A stretch of 31,097 nucleotides of DNA from a virus. Taxonomy: Duplodnaviria; Caudoviricetes. The notes beneath the pieces were generated by a model that saw only the letters and a program-made list of their open reading frames with translations, had not been told where the DNA came from and did not search any database. The first letter of the stretch is position 1. Each line of letters begins with the position of its first letter. The position numbers and the translations under genes are program-made. Shown here in pieces: positions 30,934 through 31,097 of this stretch. The stretch lies in the IMG/VR virus record IMGVR_UViG_3300049046_000027, positions 1-31,097 of that record; one strand, 5' to 3'.

Positions 30934-31097
30934 TTATTCTTCTTCTTCTTCTGCTAGCTCTTCCTCTAGTTCTTCTACGATTTCAGCGGCATAGTCTTCA
31001 AGGTCTGAGAAATAACTGTTATTGTCATACTCATCTAAGTTACTGTTAATTCTCATTTCTAATTCGTCCATGTCAATCTGTTCTGATTGTTCCGGTG
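30934..31097 (-). CDS. Partial acidic hypothetical protein (C-terminus)
   Basis: ...DLEDYAAEIVEELEEELAEEEEE*. Confidence 0.65.
   Translation of the reverse strand, partial: PEQSEQIDMDELEMRINSNLDEYDNNSYFSDLEDYAAEIVEELEEELAEEEEE

Overview
The window comes from a large lytic Bacillus-type myovirus (Herelleviridae, Bastille/SPO1-like). From left to right: (1) head genes on the minus strand (partial acidic scaffold-like protein, prohead protease, portal). (2) A ~1.4 kb minus-strand non-coding transcription unit with one canonical tRNA-Asn, three tRNA bodies with intact acceptor/D/T arms but non-canonical anticodon arms, a truncated tRNA(CAT), CCA-ended mini/microhelices and other structured RNAs. 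(3) An AT-rich, repeat-containing, origin-like region. (4) A beta-helix depolymerase and an XRE regulator. (5) Membrane/holin-like genes, terminase and an M15 endolysin. (6) PhoH, a DEDD exonuclease, ThyA, dNMP kinase, DHFR, a YjbA/MdfA (ClpC adaptor) homolog, an HNH protein, poly-gamma-glutamate hydrolase and a cyclic-phosphate-processing receiver-domain protein. (7) A cluster of small late peptides and a G-rich strand-switch segment. (8) A minus-strand, host-takeover-like module of small genes behind repeated sigma-A promoter/RBS cassettes. The best candidates for new biology are the anticodon-less tRNA-mimic/CCA-hairpin array, the phage MdfA-like protease adaptor, and late genes whose RBS is locked in a hairpin. 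All calls are from manual reading; no database searches or folding programs were run.
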